A stretch of 64,000 nucleotides of DNA from Psammoneis japonica (Eukaryota), in the NCBI GenBank assembly GCA_008632985.1, contig QPGO01000089.1:62001-126000 (forward strand), written 5' to 3'. Positions 12,509 through 25,014 of the stretch are shown here, piece after piece. The number at the start of each line of letters is the position of its first letter. Position 1 is the stretch's first letter. The translations under genes were made by a program, and so were the position numbers. The notes under the pieces are model-generated. The model was not told where the DNA came from, did no database searches, and worked only from the letters and a program-made list of their open reading frames with translations.

Positions 12509-14293
12509 TCAGGAAGTAGCAATTTGCTCGCTATCTCGCTTCTCGCAATACTTTAGCAACGTCGTTGCATCCTGAACAACGCGATTTGCTTGCTCTGCAC
12601 GCCGATCGAAATGATTTCCCTTTTCATTTTGATTGGATGCGTCTTGAATGTTTACGGCAGACACAAAGTGGTCCGTATCAAAAATTCGAGAAAGAATTTC
12701 AACAGCTTTGTCAAATTCGTCACAATCAGCATGCCACAACCCCCAGTTCAGAAGCGCACTCCTTGCTTCAGCATTGGCGCCTTTGCATCCTGCCCTCGCT
12801 GCTCGTTCAAACAGCGTTGCTGCGGTAGAGAATTGTGTGACAATGGTTTCGTCATATGCTGGATAGTCCTGTCGAGACGAGTCTTCGAGCGTTGATAATT
12901 CCTTGAGAGCCAAACCCAAAGAGTTATAGACACGTCCATCTGCAGGATTGAGCTCTCGAGCACGTACAAGAAAATCCAACACCTCTTGGAGAGCTTTTCT
13001 CTTGTGGGTGGGAGACGCTTGAGCGGCCGACGCCGCGCCCATGAGAGCCATGCCGAGAGAAAGCCAAGTTTCCGCGTCAAGAGGATCCGCACAAGTGGCA
13101 GCTTGGTAGCAACCAATGCGATGGTCCACACCGCACAAGATTGAATCTTTCGCTCTGTTGAAGCTGGGAGATAGTGGTACCGGTATTTGCTTTCCTGGTT
13201 GTGCTAATGACATTCCCAGTGATATGCATCTCGCTACCAACTCTTGTTTTGGGCAGGCTTTAATTTTGTCCCCGTTGAGCAGATTGGCAGCCGTGACAAA
13301 CAATACCATAATGGTTCGTTTTCCCGACGTCAATGCCCCTCCAGCATGACGGTCACGACTGGAATGCACCAACGCATGTCCTGTCCCTATTGGGAGCAAC
13401 GTTGCATCACGAACCAAAGCAGACTCGTCCGTTTCACCGATATCCTTTTCCATGAGGAGTCGTTCAAACACGGTCCCACCTCCAGTAAATCCATTCACTG
13501 GACAATCCAATGCAATGTTGACAGACACGAGACCCAAGTCACTGTGAAGGGGTTGCGAGGGACACTCGTCAATTGTAGCTTGCTCGTCCAGAGACGAAGC
13601 GTCGTATTCAATAATGAGCGCATCGTACAACAATAAAGAATATCCGCTAGGAATAACGTCATCTCCAAACGATTGTCGAATTAAGGGATACACTGACTCA
13701 GACAATGCTTTGTTGACGATATGGATTGCATCTTGGTTCAGACTAGCAACGTGAAGTTCTCGCTTGCGAATTCCTTGAAGCGTAAACTTGGAGTGGGACG
13801 ACGATTCTTTTTGGTTGGCCCAGTAATCGTTTGCCGATTTCAATACGGTGCGGCAATCCCTTTCGTTGAATACTGGACCAAGTGTTCTGATTATTGGTGG
13901 CGAAAATGACGTGTCAGACCTCTCTGAGTCTAGCCGTTCAAACGGGACAGTAGTGACGCGTTGATTCTCTTTTCCGACAAGCGTTTCTGCCACGAGCGGC
14001 GATTGCTCCAGAGAGTGTTTCGCATCATTTACATGATGAGAAGTCGCGACAGACCATACTGTTCTGATCAAGTCGTCATTGATTGGTGTCCACGTCGGTG
14101 CTGTTCTTGTTTCCTCTGTATTGCACGACGCGGCGTGAAAAAGAGGGGTTTGTTTGGGGAAACACCGTGGAAGATATGGTGATCTAGGCACTGAGCATAT
14201 TGTAGAAAAAGCATTCGAAAGTAAGGTAATGCTACATAGAAGAAACAGTCGGAGAATCAAGCAGAGCGGCGGCACCAAAGCGAACTTCATCAT
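12509..14293 (-). CDS. 2OG-Fe(II) oxygenase (prolyl-hydroxylase-like) with C-terminal TPRs, probably plastid-targeted
   Basis: HxD...H facial triad: 'PLHSDLGLVSVNIALD...FTGGGTVF...HAGGALTSGKRTIMVLF'. TPR-like 'DAETWLSLGMAL' and 'PADGRVYNSLGLAL'. N-terminal signal peptide ending SNA-F, like the diatom ASAF motif. Confidence 0.8.
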   Translation of the reverse strand: MMKFALVPPLCLILRLFLLCSITLLSNAFSTICSVPRSPYLPRCFPKQTPLFHAASCNTEETRTAPTWTPINDDLIRTVWSVATSHHVNDAKHSLEQSPLVAETLVGKENQRVTTVPFERLDSERSDTSFSPPIIRTLGPVFNERDCRTVLKSANDYWANQKESSSHSKFTLQGIRKRELHVASLNQDAIHIVNKALSESVYPLIRQSFGDDVIPSGYSLLLYDALIIEYDASSLDEQATIDECPSQPLHSDLGLVSVNIALDCPVNGFTGGGTVFERLLMEKDIGETDESALVRDATLLPIGTGHALVHSSRDRHAGGALTSGKRTIMVLFVTAANLLNGDKIKACPKQELVARCISLGMSLAQPGKQIPVPLSPSFNRAKDSILCGVDHRIGCYQAATCADPLDAETWLSLGMALMGAASAAQASPTHKRKALQEVLDFLVRARELNPADGRVYNSLGLALKELSTLEDSSRQDYPAYDETIVTQFSTAATLFERAARAGCKGANAEARSALLNWGLWHADCDEFDKAVEILSRIFDTDHFVSAVNIQDASNQNEKGNHFDRRAEQANRVVQDATTLLKYCEKRDSEQIATS

Positions 14294-14751
14294 GGTGCGA
14301 TCGCCGCAAAAAAGTGAGGAGTGAGGCACTGCGTGCGGTTGTGCGCGCGCACTGTTGATAGCGCGCAGAAAGCTGCCAAAAAAAGACTCGTTCGACTCAA
14401 ATTTGTTGTTGGTGGTGAATTTCCGACAATGATGCGGATTGCTCAACCCAGTGTCGCAGCGCCCCGTCATTTTCATCATTTGCAACAAGAACAACAACAA
14501 CGTCCACACAAGCCAGCTGTTGGGGACAACATGTGCTGACTGTCTAAAGCTAGAAAGAAACGCACTTCCAAAACAGCAATCGCACACGACTCTCTCCCAA
14601 ACAAAAAGTTCTCTCTAGAGTGAACTCTTAAGAACAGAGAATGCTCTGGACCATTAGCCGACTGCGACAACTTACAATTTGAAACGTATTATCGTCATCC
14701 GTCGTCTCATTAATTGCTTCAGCCTTCGCTCTCGTTTCACAATATTTGAAT

Positions 14752-15910
14752 ATGACTCCAAAAGAAGACCAAGAGAATGAGTTCGACAGAGATCGGCATG
14801 TGCTTTACTTTTCGTACTCTTTGCGTCAATTGCCACGGCCTTATTCTTCCCTCGACACAAACCGGTTGACTTTGGCTCATTTTGCAATTCAAGCACTGGA
14901 TTTGTTGGGTGAACCTCCCAAGAATAGCAATGACGTGATTGAATGGATCTATAGCTTACAACAAAATGGAGGTTTCATGGGTGGGACTTGTACCACAGAG
15001 CCGTACAATCACGCACACATTGCCATGACGTATACCGCGCTTAGTTCACTGTTGACCTTGGGAGATGACTTGAGTCGAGTTGACAAGGAATCTATTGTAG
15101 AGAATCTACGGCACTTGCAACGACACGATGGAAGGTATGAAATGATGTTATCGTGCTCTTGTCGAGTCTCAATCCCCGGGATACTTACATGTACTTCACT
15201 TTTCGTTTTTTCGCAACTGTACGTAGTTTTCAATGCGTCCGATTCGGTAGTGAATACGATATGAGGTGAGCCATTGGAATACTGCCGGAATGATGAATAC
15301 TGGTGGAATTTTCTTTCTAGTTATTGTTTATGGCTTTTTCTTGGACTGTGTATTGTGACTGCATTTCAGGTTTCTGTACTGCGCATGTGCTAATTCTCAT
15401 ATTGTTGGGGATTGGTCGGGTGTGGACAAGGATAGAGCTGTCGATTACATTAGAGGCTGTCGCTCCTTTGACGGGGCTATTGCTCTCATTCCGAACCAAG
15501 AAGGGCACGGCGGTTCTACCTTTTGTGGTGTAGCCAGCCTTGTATTAATGAAGAGGTTGGACGTTCTGGCGGACCGTAGTTGGAAGTCGGATTTGATTCA
15601 GTGGTGTGTGTCACGACAGGTGGGTGGCATGCAGGGACGTCCAAACAAGGCCGAAGATACCTGCTATTCCTTTTGGATTGGCGGAACCTTGCGATTATTG
15701 GGTCACGATCACCTGCTCCATCATGAAAAGCTACGAGAGTATGTTCTCTCTTGCCAACACAGACACTACGGCGGCTTTGGAAAAGTTGTGGGCGCGAATC
15801 CAGATGTTCTTCACTCCTTCTATTCCTTGGCGTGGTTGAGCTTATCGTCCAAGCACTTGCCAAGTCTGGGATTGAAGGAACTTGATTGCGTCTTGGGAGT
15901 CCCAAGATAG
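14752..15910 (+). CDS. PGGT1B: Geranylgeranyltransferase type-I beta subunit
   Basis: 'LDTNRLTLAHFAIQALDLL', 'HIAMTYTAL..LLTLGDDLSRVDK', 'EYDMRFLYCA', 'EGHGGSTFCGVASL', 'GMQGRPNKAEDTCYSFWIGGTL', 'DVLHSFYSLA'. Introns 15135-15226 and 15266-15369. Confidence 0.9.
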
Positions 15911-16141
15911 AACGACTGGATGGCATCAGCCAGCGTTTCTCTCCAGGTACCAGTAGCCAGGGACAAAGCAGAATAATGATGTCTTGCTGTCCACAAAAGT
16001 TAAAATATTTTCAAATGTTATTTCATGGTGCATTACCTAATCTAAAGAGTTTTGCTCGTCGTTCGATGACTACAGTACGAGTAGACAGTGATAGTCGAAC
16101 ATAGTCTCGAGATGATGAACCAATTAACGGTTTTTTATGTT

Positions 16142-16322
16142 ATTCTACTCTCCACTGGGCTTCTCTCCCTCGTTTTGATTTCCCTGGATGCTACTACAGG
16201 GTCGACCGCATGACACTGCATGAACTAGCCCCACCACCCACCGGTATGTAAGTTGATTCTACTATCTAGAGGCTTCTCTCCTTCGTTTCGTTTTCCCTGG
16301 ATACTACTGAAGGGTCGATCGC
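16142..16322. repeat. Imperfect direct repeat, two copies of ~65 bp
   Basis: ggcttctctccctcgttttgatttccctggatgctactacagggtcgaccgc (~16158) versus ggcttctctccttcgtttcgttttccctggatactactgaagggtcgatcgc (~16271). Confidence 0.75.
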
Positions 16323-17104
16323 TTCCTTGACGCCAATCGGGAACGGGCCATAGCCAAAACCGCGATGTTAGAGGCGGTATGTGGATCATGCCTCTAGCAA
16401 TGGACATGTTTTGCAATAACAATGTTGAACGAGAAGATTGAAAAGCTACTTGAATAACAAAGTTCTATACATTTATTCTAGACGCCACGGAATGTTTTCC
16501 TTCGTTCATTACTATAGAGAGGAGCCGCTATCCTTCCTAGAGCATAAACAAAATCATTCCATGACGCCAATACTTACCTTAATATTTCCATTCTTCCACA
16601 ATTCATTCTCCACGTCCGAAATAAGTAAGGGTTTGGTTCATTGACTACCGCTAATCTTGAGCAAATACAAACAGAGTCGCCATATCGTTGAAGCACCAAT
16701 CATGCCTGGTACACATTTTGTTCCGGAAAACATAAGTCGCGGGGCGGGACCCACTGTTACTTGAACCTTGGTACTTCAACAAAGACTGACTGCCGCATCG
16801 TTCAAGTCGGGTGGTCGAACCGGTGTGAGGGTGCATTTCTATGTCGAAAAAATGAAGATGAATAGCAACGTCAGCAAACAAATCTCGAATGAAAAGAAAA
16901 ATAGACACGAAATCGACTTACATTGGGGGTGCATTCGAATGTAGCGTAGCACAACGAGCGCACCCCATGGTATTTGAATTGCACGATAAACTCGTGCAAT
17001 GTTGGCGAGTCTTTGATGCGCACAAAAGCTGCATTGTACCGTGAAACGAAAACGAGAGNCATGCACACTCGTTTCCAACGGTCCAACACAAGCCGTCAAT
17101 GAGC

Positions 17105-18856
17105 CTAGCGGCGACTCATGATCCTCGCGGATCTACGCACGACACGCCCAGCATTAGACGAAATAAAGACACTGCCCGTTACTCCACCAAGCCTTGGCGA
17201 GCGTCTCAAAGTGACAGGTTGGGTTTGTTTCTCCTTGTTTCTCACAAGTGCAGCATCAGGAACAACATCCTCCTCTGCCCCTGGATCGTTGTCAGCAGCC
17301 ATGTCCTGAACGATGACAGTATCGTCAGATTCCTCGGCTACAACTCCAAGAACGACTTCCTCATCATCGTGTGCAGCAATAGCAGGATTGTCCATGGCTT
17401 CCGCAACAGCATCCTCCTCTGTCCCTGGATCGTTGTCAGCAGCCATATCCTGAACCATGACAGTATCGTCAGGTTCCTCGGCTACAACTCCAAGAACGAC
17501 TTCCTCAACGTCGTGTGCAGCAATAGCAGGATCGTCCATGGCTTCAGCAACAGCAGCTTCCTCAATGACAGGAGCGGGAATGATTGCCTCTCCGTCGATT
17601 GCTGCATCATCCACACCCACTGCAGGATCGTCCAAGGCTTCAACGACAGGTTCCTCTACTAGAGCAACAGGAACGCCCACCTCCACATCGTCTGGTGCGT
17701 CGTCAACAGTCACAGGCTCGTTCAAGGCTTCCCAAGGCTCTTCAACAACATCAGGAACTACTTTGTCCACAGCATTTAGATTGTTTTCCGTATCCTCAGC
17801 CGGTTCCACATCCAAAATATCCGAGGCATCGTCAGCAATGGGGTTGTTGTCCGTAGCCTCAGCGGGTCCAATGGCCGCTGGAGTCCGTACCCAGCCACGC
17901 CAGTGATCACACTGAAGATCAGAGTCCCAGTGATGAATGCTTTCTTCTTGACCCGCATCAAATTCAAGCATCGCCACAGCCAACTGCTCATCATTCAACA
18001 CGGGTATCACACGGGTGTAACGTGCGCGTCGAAGAACGCGTTTGGCAGGCACACGAGTTGGGACTGGAGGAATGTCACCAACGTGAATGTCTTGAGTCAT
18101 CATTCGGTCGGGTTTCCACCTGACATGCCTTTCTACTGGATCAGCAAGAGCCTCGACCGGTTCAATGGCCGCTGGAGTCCGCACCCAGCCACGCCAGTGA
18201 TCATACCTTGGATCCGTACGATAATCACAAATGTATCGGTCTTGTTTCCGGTCAAACTCAACCAGCACTGCAGCTAGTCTCTGATCATCCAATACGGGTG
18301 TCATACGGGTGTAGCGAGGGATTCGAAGAATTCTTGGAGCAGTCACGCCGGTTGGGTTGGGAGGAGCGTCACCAACGTAACGGTTCTTAAGCATCATTCG
18401 GTCCGGTTTCCATCTGATGCGCCCACGTCCAACTAACTTACGCTTCAACAGCAGCAGCCACGGGAATAGAAACCGCAAAGGAACGTAGATGAAGTAGAAG
18501 AACCAATACACGGTCCATACAACCAATGCAACCGCGAGAGTAGCCGCAAGAGCATCGCACACTCGATCCCAAAGAAGCGTGGTGAGGTCGTCAATTTCGA
18601 TAATTTGGCGGTACCAGAAATAGACCTTAACACCAATCATCTTCAATGAGGAGTGTGCGAATATCCCAGCATATAAGGCAAGGAGAACTTCACAGATCGC
18701 AACGACAAAGGGCACGAGAGCGTGAATCGTGCAGCGAATCTTGTCCCACGCTTCCCGAAGGAAACCGCCAACGATTCGGCCGTGCTTCTGCTTACCGTGA
18801 AATACGCGTAGCAGGAGATTGATAAAGAAAATGAGTAGTGCAATGTATGCAATCAT
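17105..18856 (-). CDS. Hypothetical membrane-anchored protein with internal repeats, an acidic stalk and a basic RRSxR tail
   Basis: Intronless 583-aa ORF with a hydrophobic N-terminal region. A 98-aa duplication (294-nt period) and a 48-aa acidic duplication (144-nt period). Ends LRRSPRLGG..GSVF....RVVRRSARI. Confidence 0.65.
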   Translation of the reverse strand: MIAYIALLIFFINLLLRVFHGKQKHGRIVGGFLREAWDKIRCTIHALVPFVVAICEVLLALYAGIFAHSSLKMIGVKVYFWYRQIIEIDDLTTLLWDRVCDALAATLAVALVVWTVYWFFYFIYVPLRFLFPWLLLLKRKLVGRGRIRWKPDRMMLKNRYVGDAPPNPTGVTAPRILRIPRYTRMTPVLDDQRLAAVLVEFDRKQDRYICDYRTDPRYDHWRGWVRTPAAIEPVEALADPVERHVRWKPDRMMTQDIHVGDIPPVPTRVPAKRVLRRARYTRVIPVLNDEQLAVAMLEFDAGQEESIHHWDSDLQCDHWRGWVRTPAAIGPAEATDNNPIADDASDILDVEPAEDTENNLNAVDKVVPDVVEEPWEALNEPVTVDDAPDDVEVGVPVALVEEPVVEALDDPAVGVDDAAIDGEAIIPAPVIEEAAVAEAMDDPAIAAHDVEEVVLGVVAEEPDDTVMVQDMAADNDPGTEEDAVAEAMDNPAIAAHDDEEVVLGVVAEESDDTVIVQDMAADNDPGAEEDVVPDAALVRNKEKQTQPVTLRRSPRLGGVTGSVFISSNAGRVVRRSARIMSRR

Positions 18857-21449
18857 GATGGGGGTGATAGTATCAATAAAGATAGATTGGTAATAACAGA
18901 GTGTTGTTTCAACAAAACTTGAAATTGTGTGGTGAGCGAGACGTGGCTCGTTGTTGCGGCTGCGTCACATTCGTGAATGCGTAGAAACTGTACTGGCGAA
19001 GCCCGTAGAAAACCCGACAGCCAGTCACGCTTTTCAAGTTTTGACGGGAAGTTGCGGCACGTTTGCGTTCGGTTCCTCGTAGGCTCTCTAATAGGTGAAA
19101 CAATCAGAGGCCGAGACTAATGTTGGATTTAGCCCTATCCATAATGAATATTATCTACTTTAGAGCTCTCTACAACGACACTCATTGTTACTTCACCAGA
19201 GTTCATTCTGCATACGACGCTTGAAACATTCGATCTCACTTTGACTTTGTAAAGATCGCCAGTCAAAAAGCAGTCTTGAGTCTTCAGCTTTCGTGCTTGC
19301 TCCAGCAGCATGACGCATTCATTTCTGTGCCAGTGGTGTTCTATCACTTTGCGTTTCTGAAAGGCAACTTGTCGATCAATCAAACAATTAGCGCCAGACT
19401 CTTTGACCGCGTTAATGGAAGTATGCTTCTTTTCTTTAGCACTGACGACAAGAATTAGTATGTGAACCCCCCAGTTGAATTCACTATTTGCTCCCATACA
19501 TTGCCTCGTGTACGTCGCAGCAAAGACAAGAACAAATCCCAAATGTCGCAACTTAGCCACACCGGATAGAAGATTCAGATAGTATTCCATTATAGGCCCA
19601 AGCACGTGATATATACCCATAGCCTTACTGGCTGTTGTTGATGCAATGAGAGGGGGGGGGGGATTTCTACCGGGCATGTCATTTAGACGGCAAACAAGTC
19701 GATTGACACAAAAACTCGGCGAAAATGTAGCGCCGCCAGACTCGGAGTAGCTGTTTGCTCCATTTAGCTACCGGTATTTGCTTCGTTGCGGGTTGGTATC
19801 AAGCTAGGTTTAACTGCTCCGACTGTACGGTGAAACTGTGCTCTAGGTGTGCTCTAGGAATAGTCGCGAAAAGTGGAACCTGCGATTGGGGTTAGAATGG
19901 CTCCTCCCGAGGAAAATACAATAGCGAACAGTCCTCTGTATCTTGCGAATAGCTTCAGACCATTCTTGGGGTTATCCGTCAATGGTTCGGTTGTTCCAAC
20001 AATAGTAATTACTTGCAATTTTTATCAGACTTCTTTGGTTGTTCCGTCAATGATGGTACTTAAAATCTCGAAATACTCAGGGTGTATCTTGCACATAGTT
20101 TCAGACTTGTTGGGCCATTCCGTAAATAGTACTTATTCTGAAACACCCACGGTGACCAGATAATATATCTCCTGTCGTGTCAAGGTCTGTCACGGTCTAT
20201 AAAAGCACAAAGGTGAATGACACAAATAATAGGTTGCCCATGTTTCCCAACCAAGAATTTTCAGATTGTCACTTCGAGTCAGGCCTCATACAATAACTGA
20301 TTCTTCTTGAGGAACTCGAGTTGACGACGAGTTGTTGGGTCTGTTGAAATGTTCTTATTGCATGGGTGACGAAGCAACAGCAACAGCATTAGAAAAAGGG
20401 GCACAAGCAATCGCGTCAGACGTCTGACGTCTAACACTGTTTGTTTGTTGCTTTTTTCTCCGTCTGCAGACTGGAATACAGCTGTCTGCTACAAATGTAC
20501 AGCAGCTTGATCTACTAGCATTCACATGCAACTCCGGATCCAGCTCTTGCGACATGTGCGTTTCACATGACAGAGGCACAAAGTGTAACGCACAAAATCT
20601 TGCGCAAAAATTGTTGCTTGCGGTAGAGCACCTTGCAGTTTCGCGTCTCGGATCGCTTCCATCCTTTTCTCTGGATATCTGTAGTGTGCGGCATGAAAGG
20701 GCTCTCTCAAGCGGCATGGGCTTGCTACCGGTACTGCATGGTCGCGCTTTTCCCCATGGTGGATGGTGGAGCTTTCTTTCGCTTGATGCGTTTTGAAGCG
20801 TGGATTTTCCATGTGGATTGATTCAATATCAGATAAAAAGAGTGCTCTCAGAACAGTAATCAGATGATAGTTGTTGTACTTAGTATCAGTAAAATACACG
20901 GAATATTGCGAGTTGTTTGCTCTATTTTTATCATACAATTTTTTTTAAATTTCACCTTTATATATCCATTTAGTTATCATAAAACGCATTCACCTTACCC
21001 AATATATATGTTGTGTGTTGTGTTGCACCGGTACAGTAGAGCGAAACCACGGTGAGGTGTTGTTTCCCCGAAAACAAGTTTTGACAACACTTGTAAACCT
21101 ATCGTAAGGGTAAGACTCGATTCAACAATCAACCAATCGATTAATCAGTCATGGTGGGATATGATGATGACAATCAAACAACGTGAACAAGGGTGTGACA
21201 ATGACGCACCAGTGGAAAACGAAAAGATGGTTTTTTATTGCGATTATGACATTGTGAAATAAAGTACCAGCGTCCAAGTACTTGGGTTTTTTGTAGTGGC
21301 TTCTTGTTTGGCTCTCATTCCGTTCAAATTTATACACTAGTACTATTTTTGAGAGAAGCTTCTTCTCTTCACCTTGGTCGCACTGTTCTTGTTCTTGGTG
21401 ATGGCCTATACACAATGAAGTAATGAGCATGCAAATTTCCGTTAGAGAT

Positions 21450-23028
21450 TTAAAGTCCTTCACTGTGAAATGTTTCATAGTCACTGGTTCTTCTGGCGCT
21501 GTTGTCGCTCTTGTCAGGAGGATGGTGTTGGTTCAAAATCACGGTTTTGTTGTTTTCATGACCATTGTTGCGACGATGATCCGATCCGAGAAGAGGTTCC
21601 TGTCCTAATAACACCTCTTGACCTTGTGAACTATCCGACCGTGACGAGTAGAATAATGTCCCGTCAGTATGCTGTCGAGGGTCATTATCATCATTGTCCC
21701 TCCCGATGTCACCATCATCGCCAGATTCTGCGTCGATCCATTCATCGAATTCATCAGAATCTTCCGTCCCGAAACTCATCCCACCCATTCTAGAGGCGTC
21801 GATTGTTGGGTCTATCGATGAGACACGGTCCGCATCACGTTGTGCCTTTTCTCTCATCTTTGCTAAGTTTGCATCCCAACTGTAGATCATTCCAGTACCG
21901 GCAAACCAATCATGCAACATTCTACCATCTCTTCTGATCAATCCCATGACCAACAGAGGTGGACAAAGTGTCAATGTCAACGGCAAAAGCAACGTCCGGA
22001 TGAAACCTTGATATGACGATACTGTGTAGCTGTGTCGATGGTAGTGCCTCTTCAAGTTTCGATGCGACATGGGTCCAACATCTTCGTTTACGTTGACGAC
22101 TTTACAACCCATAACGACCATACCAAGTGTCTGACCTGTCAACCATGTACATAGGAAAAAGTAACCGAACCAGTATACGACCCAATACATGACAAGGACC
22201 CATGCGACGTTGCTTTGGTACGATTGTGCCTGACTGTGTGCCTCATCTTGTGTACTACCCAAGAAGAGCATCAGACACCATTCGACTAGCCGCCATAACA
22301 TCGCAAACAAGACAGAAATCGTTAACATGTCAATCATCATGATGAGCAGTTTCGTAACGAATCCCACATATCGTCCTTGGACAGCTACAGCTTTGTTACT
22401 TCGTCCTTTGGGATATAGTTGACGGTCCTCCCGTTGTCGCAGTCCAGTACCCGGTCGTGGTGGTAGGTAACACAATTGTCGTGTTTTTCTCGTGAAAAAT
22501 TTTCCGCGTGTGACGACCCAAAGATACAAGTCCAACAGGACGACATGAGTCCGCAAAGCATCCAAGAACAAATCGATGGCACCCGTCGAGCTCCTCAGAA
22601 CAATCGAACTTGTATCGACCTTTTTCAATATAGTATCAAAATCAATCTTGTCCATGACAGTCTTGTTCCAATCGACTTTATCTAAGAGAGCATTTATGTC
22701 AACTGTTTGAACCGCTCGATCGACGTCGACACGTTGAACAGCAGCATCAATGTCGACTCGTTCAACGATGCGATTGACGTCGACTGTTTGGTGGGAAAAG
22801 GAAGCCATAACAATAACAAGAAGGGGTGTGAGAAAGGAAGAAGAAGAAGAATCCACAAGACGCATGACAGCCACGTACAGTAGTAGCACCAAACTCACTA
22901 CGTTGAACGACCTGATCGACGTCGATTCGGGACACCAAATCATTAACGTCAATTCGTCGGACGACCCCGTCGACATCCGTAACTTCGATCACCTTCTTGA
23001 TGGTATGTGCAGCTAAAAGATTTGCCAT
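21450..23028 (-). CDS. RDD-family membrane protein with N-terminal 9-residue VDVDxxVxR repeats
   Basis: RDD core 'YVGFVTKLLIMMIDML...YFFLCTWLTGQTLGMVVMGCKVV...RMLHDWFAGT'. Intron 22898-22784 joins the repeat exon (MANLLAAH...VDVDGVVRRIDVNDLVSRIDVDQVVQR) to ORF 21450-22976. Confidence 0.8.
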
Positions 23029-23291
23029 TGTTGTTGCGTTCTTTCGTAGACTATACTCACTCCTCACTCAATCTTTACCTGCCCTGAGAAAAGGGAATCT
23101 CCGAATGTGAAAAAAGGGAATCTGTACATCATCGCGGCGTGGCGGATGTGAGAAAATCATCGATCATCGCCCATATATCGTCGTAATAACAGAGCCGGGG
23201 GGGCCGGCACCATGGTGTATTGAACCGCCACATGCTCGAATGAAACCTCTCTATGTAGAGAGAGAAGAACGCTTTGAGTTGCAGCCCTGGA

Positions 23292-24694
23292 ATGTTCTTA
23301 CGCAACATGAGGATTCCGGCATCGTCCTTGTTGTTTGCATTTTGTATTCATCAAAGCTTTCTTTCTGACAAGGTGGATGCACTTATTGTTGTTTCGAGGC
23401 AGAGCAAATCCTTTATCCCCGGTCGTTGCTTGTTTGGGTTTGATTGTATGCATACGACAAAGCACATGCTATTCTCCTCTTTGCAGCACACGACTGGTTT
23501 TGATGACGACACCTCAAGCAAAGACACTAGAGACGGGCTTCATTCGCTTGCTGGGCCGTACCTTGTAAAGATCGCTTCAAAAAATCACAGCCATCCAGAC
23601 GAGACAATTTGGTCGTTGATTCCAATAGATCACGTGATAAAGACAACACAGCGGAAGCCGTTGGTGCCAAGGCAATTGCAGCTCTGGAATCGTTTGAATC
23701 AAAACGACTTGACAACGACGACTGCTCTGCTTCTTATGTGCTGAAGGGAACGTACAACGACAAGAAGAATTCTATCCAAGTTGTTGCCACGCAGCAACCA
23801 CAACATCAAGACGAAAAGGACGACGAATTACTCTCGGTCCTTGCACCAATTATTGCGCAACTCGTAGTCTCTACGGATGACCTTGATATTCCACAAGATC
23901 TGCCGCTGTCTGTGAAACTACTGGGCCAGGATCCCATTTCTGTTGGGAGCCTTTCTTCCCCAGCAGACGTGTTGGAACTGTACGCAGCCATCAACAGTGG
24001 TGTTTCATCCAATATGGAAATTGTGGAAATGGTGGGACAGAATTCTAATGGTATCGTGGAGATTTTGGGAATGGTACCGCGCCCCTTGCTCCATACTCAC
24101 AACTTGTTGCATCGTGGGATTGGCATGGTCATCACCAAGGACAAGCCGTTTCACGTGTCTGAGACTCACTTTCCCGATTTGTACTGCCATCGACGAACCG
24201 ATACCAAACGGATATTTCCGTCTCTCTATGACATGTTTGTTGGCGGAGTGTCAACCGCAGGAGAAGATGCCTCTATAACCGCGTCTCGTGAAGTGGCCGA
24301 AGAGCTTGGACTCGTCAGAGCCTTGACCGACGACACGCCCCTCTCTCTGCCACTCTTTGATTGCACAGTCTGCACATCCTACAATCGGTGTGTTGTAACA
24401 GTCTTTAGCTATACAATGGATACGTCACAGGAATCCGTTTCGTGGCAAGAGGAGGAAGTGGCTTGGGGCGACTTTGTTTCCTATCCAATTGTTCAAGCCG
24501 CGGCAGAATTGTCCATTCAGAGATTAGTGGCGGCCAACCAGTGGCCGGGATCAAAACATTTTGCCACCGAGCCTGATACGAACCTACCTATTAATACAGC
24601 TACTTTGTTAGATTGGAAAACGTGGGATTTTGTTCCGGACGGACTTCTCGTTTGGAAGGCGTGGTTGCAGTGGATAGAGGATTCGCAACAGTGA
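23292..24694 (+). CDS. Nudix hydrolase (YfcD/IPP-isomerase-like subfamily) with a presequence; apparent frameshift near 23580-23610
   Basis: 'LLHRGIGMVI...HRRTDTKRIFPSLYDMFVGGVSTAGEDASITASREVAEELG' is a Nudix box. The N-terminal signal-like part lies in ORF 23274-23744, one frame off. Confidence 0.78.
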
Positions 24695-25014
24695 AACTCT
24701 CTTTTATTGTCTTTCGTTTTGAGACACTTTCATAACTCTTCATGACGGTTACAACAACTCCGAATGTGAGAAAGCCACTGCACAGCTACTTTGCAGATAG
24801 ATACTACATACTATTCATTCAATGACCGTCATGTCGCGTCGCGAAGACCAACTAATTCAACAACCCTCTCTACTGGCTATAAAGTTGTACTGTAGGGCTT
24901 ATGCAACTCCAGCAATGTTTAGATAGTCATACAATAGGCTACTTACTTCTGACGATGTTGTGATCGCGGGGCGCAGCTCTGGCTCCCTTTTATTACTCGG
25001 GAGATCCAATTGAC

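Noticed and set aside
5879..15910. Functional cluster of a CaaX-tailed kinase with GGTase-I beta
   Set aside because: They are separated by unrelated genes, and CVIS fits farnesylation better than GGTase-I. Proximity is probably coincidental.
19135..20938. Short ORFs 19135-19677, 19873-20163 and 20355-20938 as genes
   Set aside because: No recognisable motifs or splice structure. They may be decayed gene fragments but cannot be supported.
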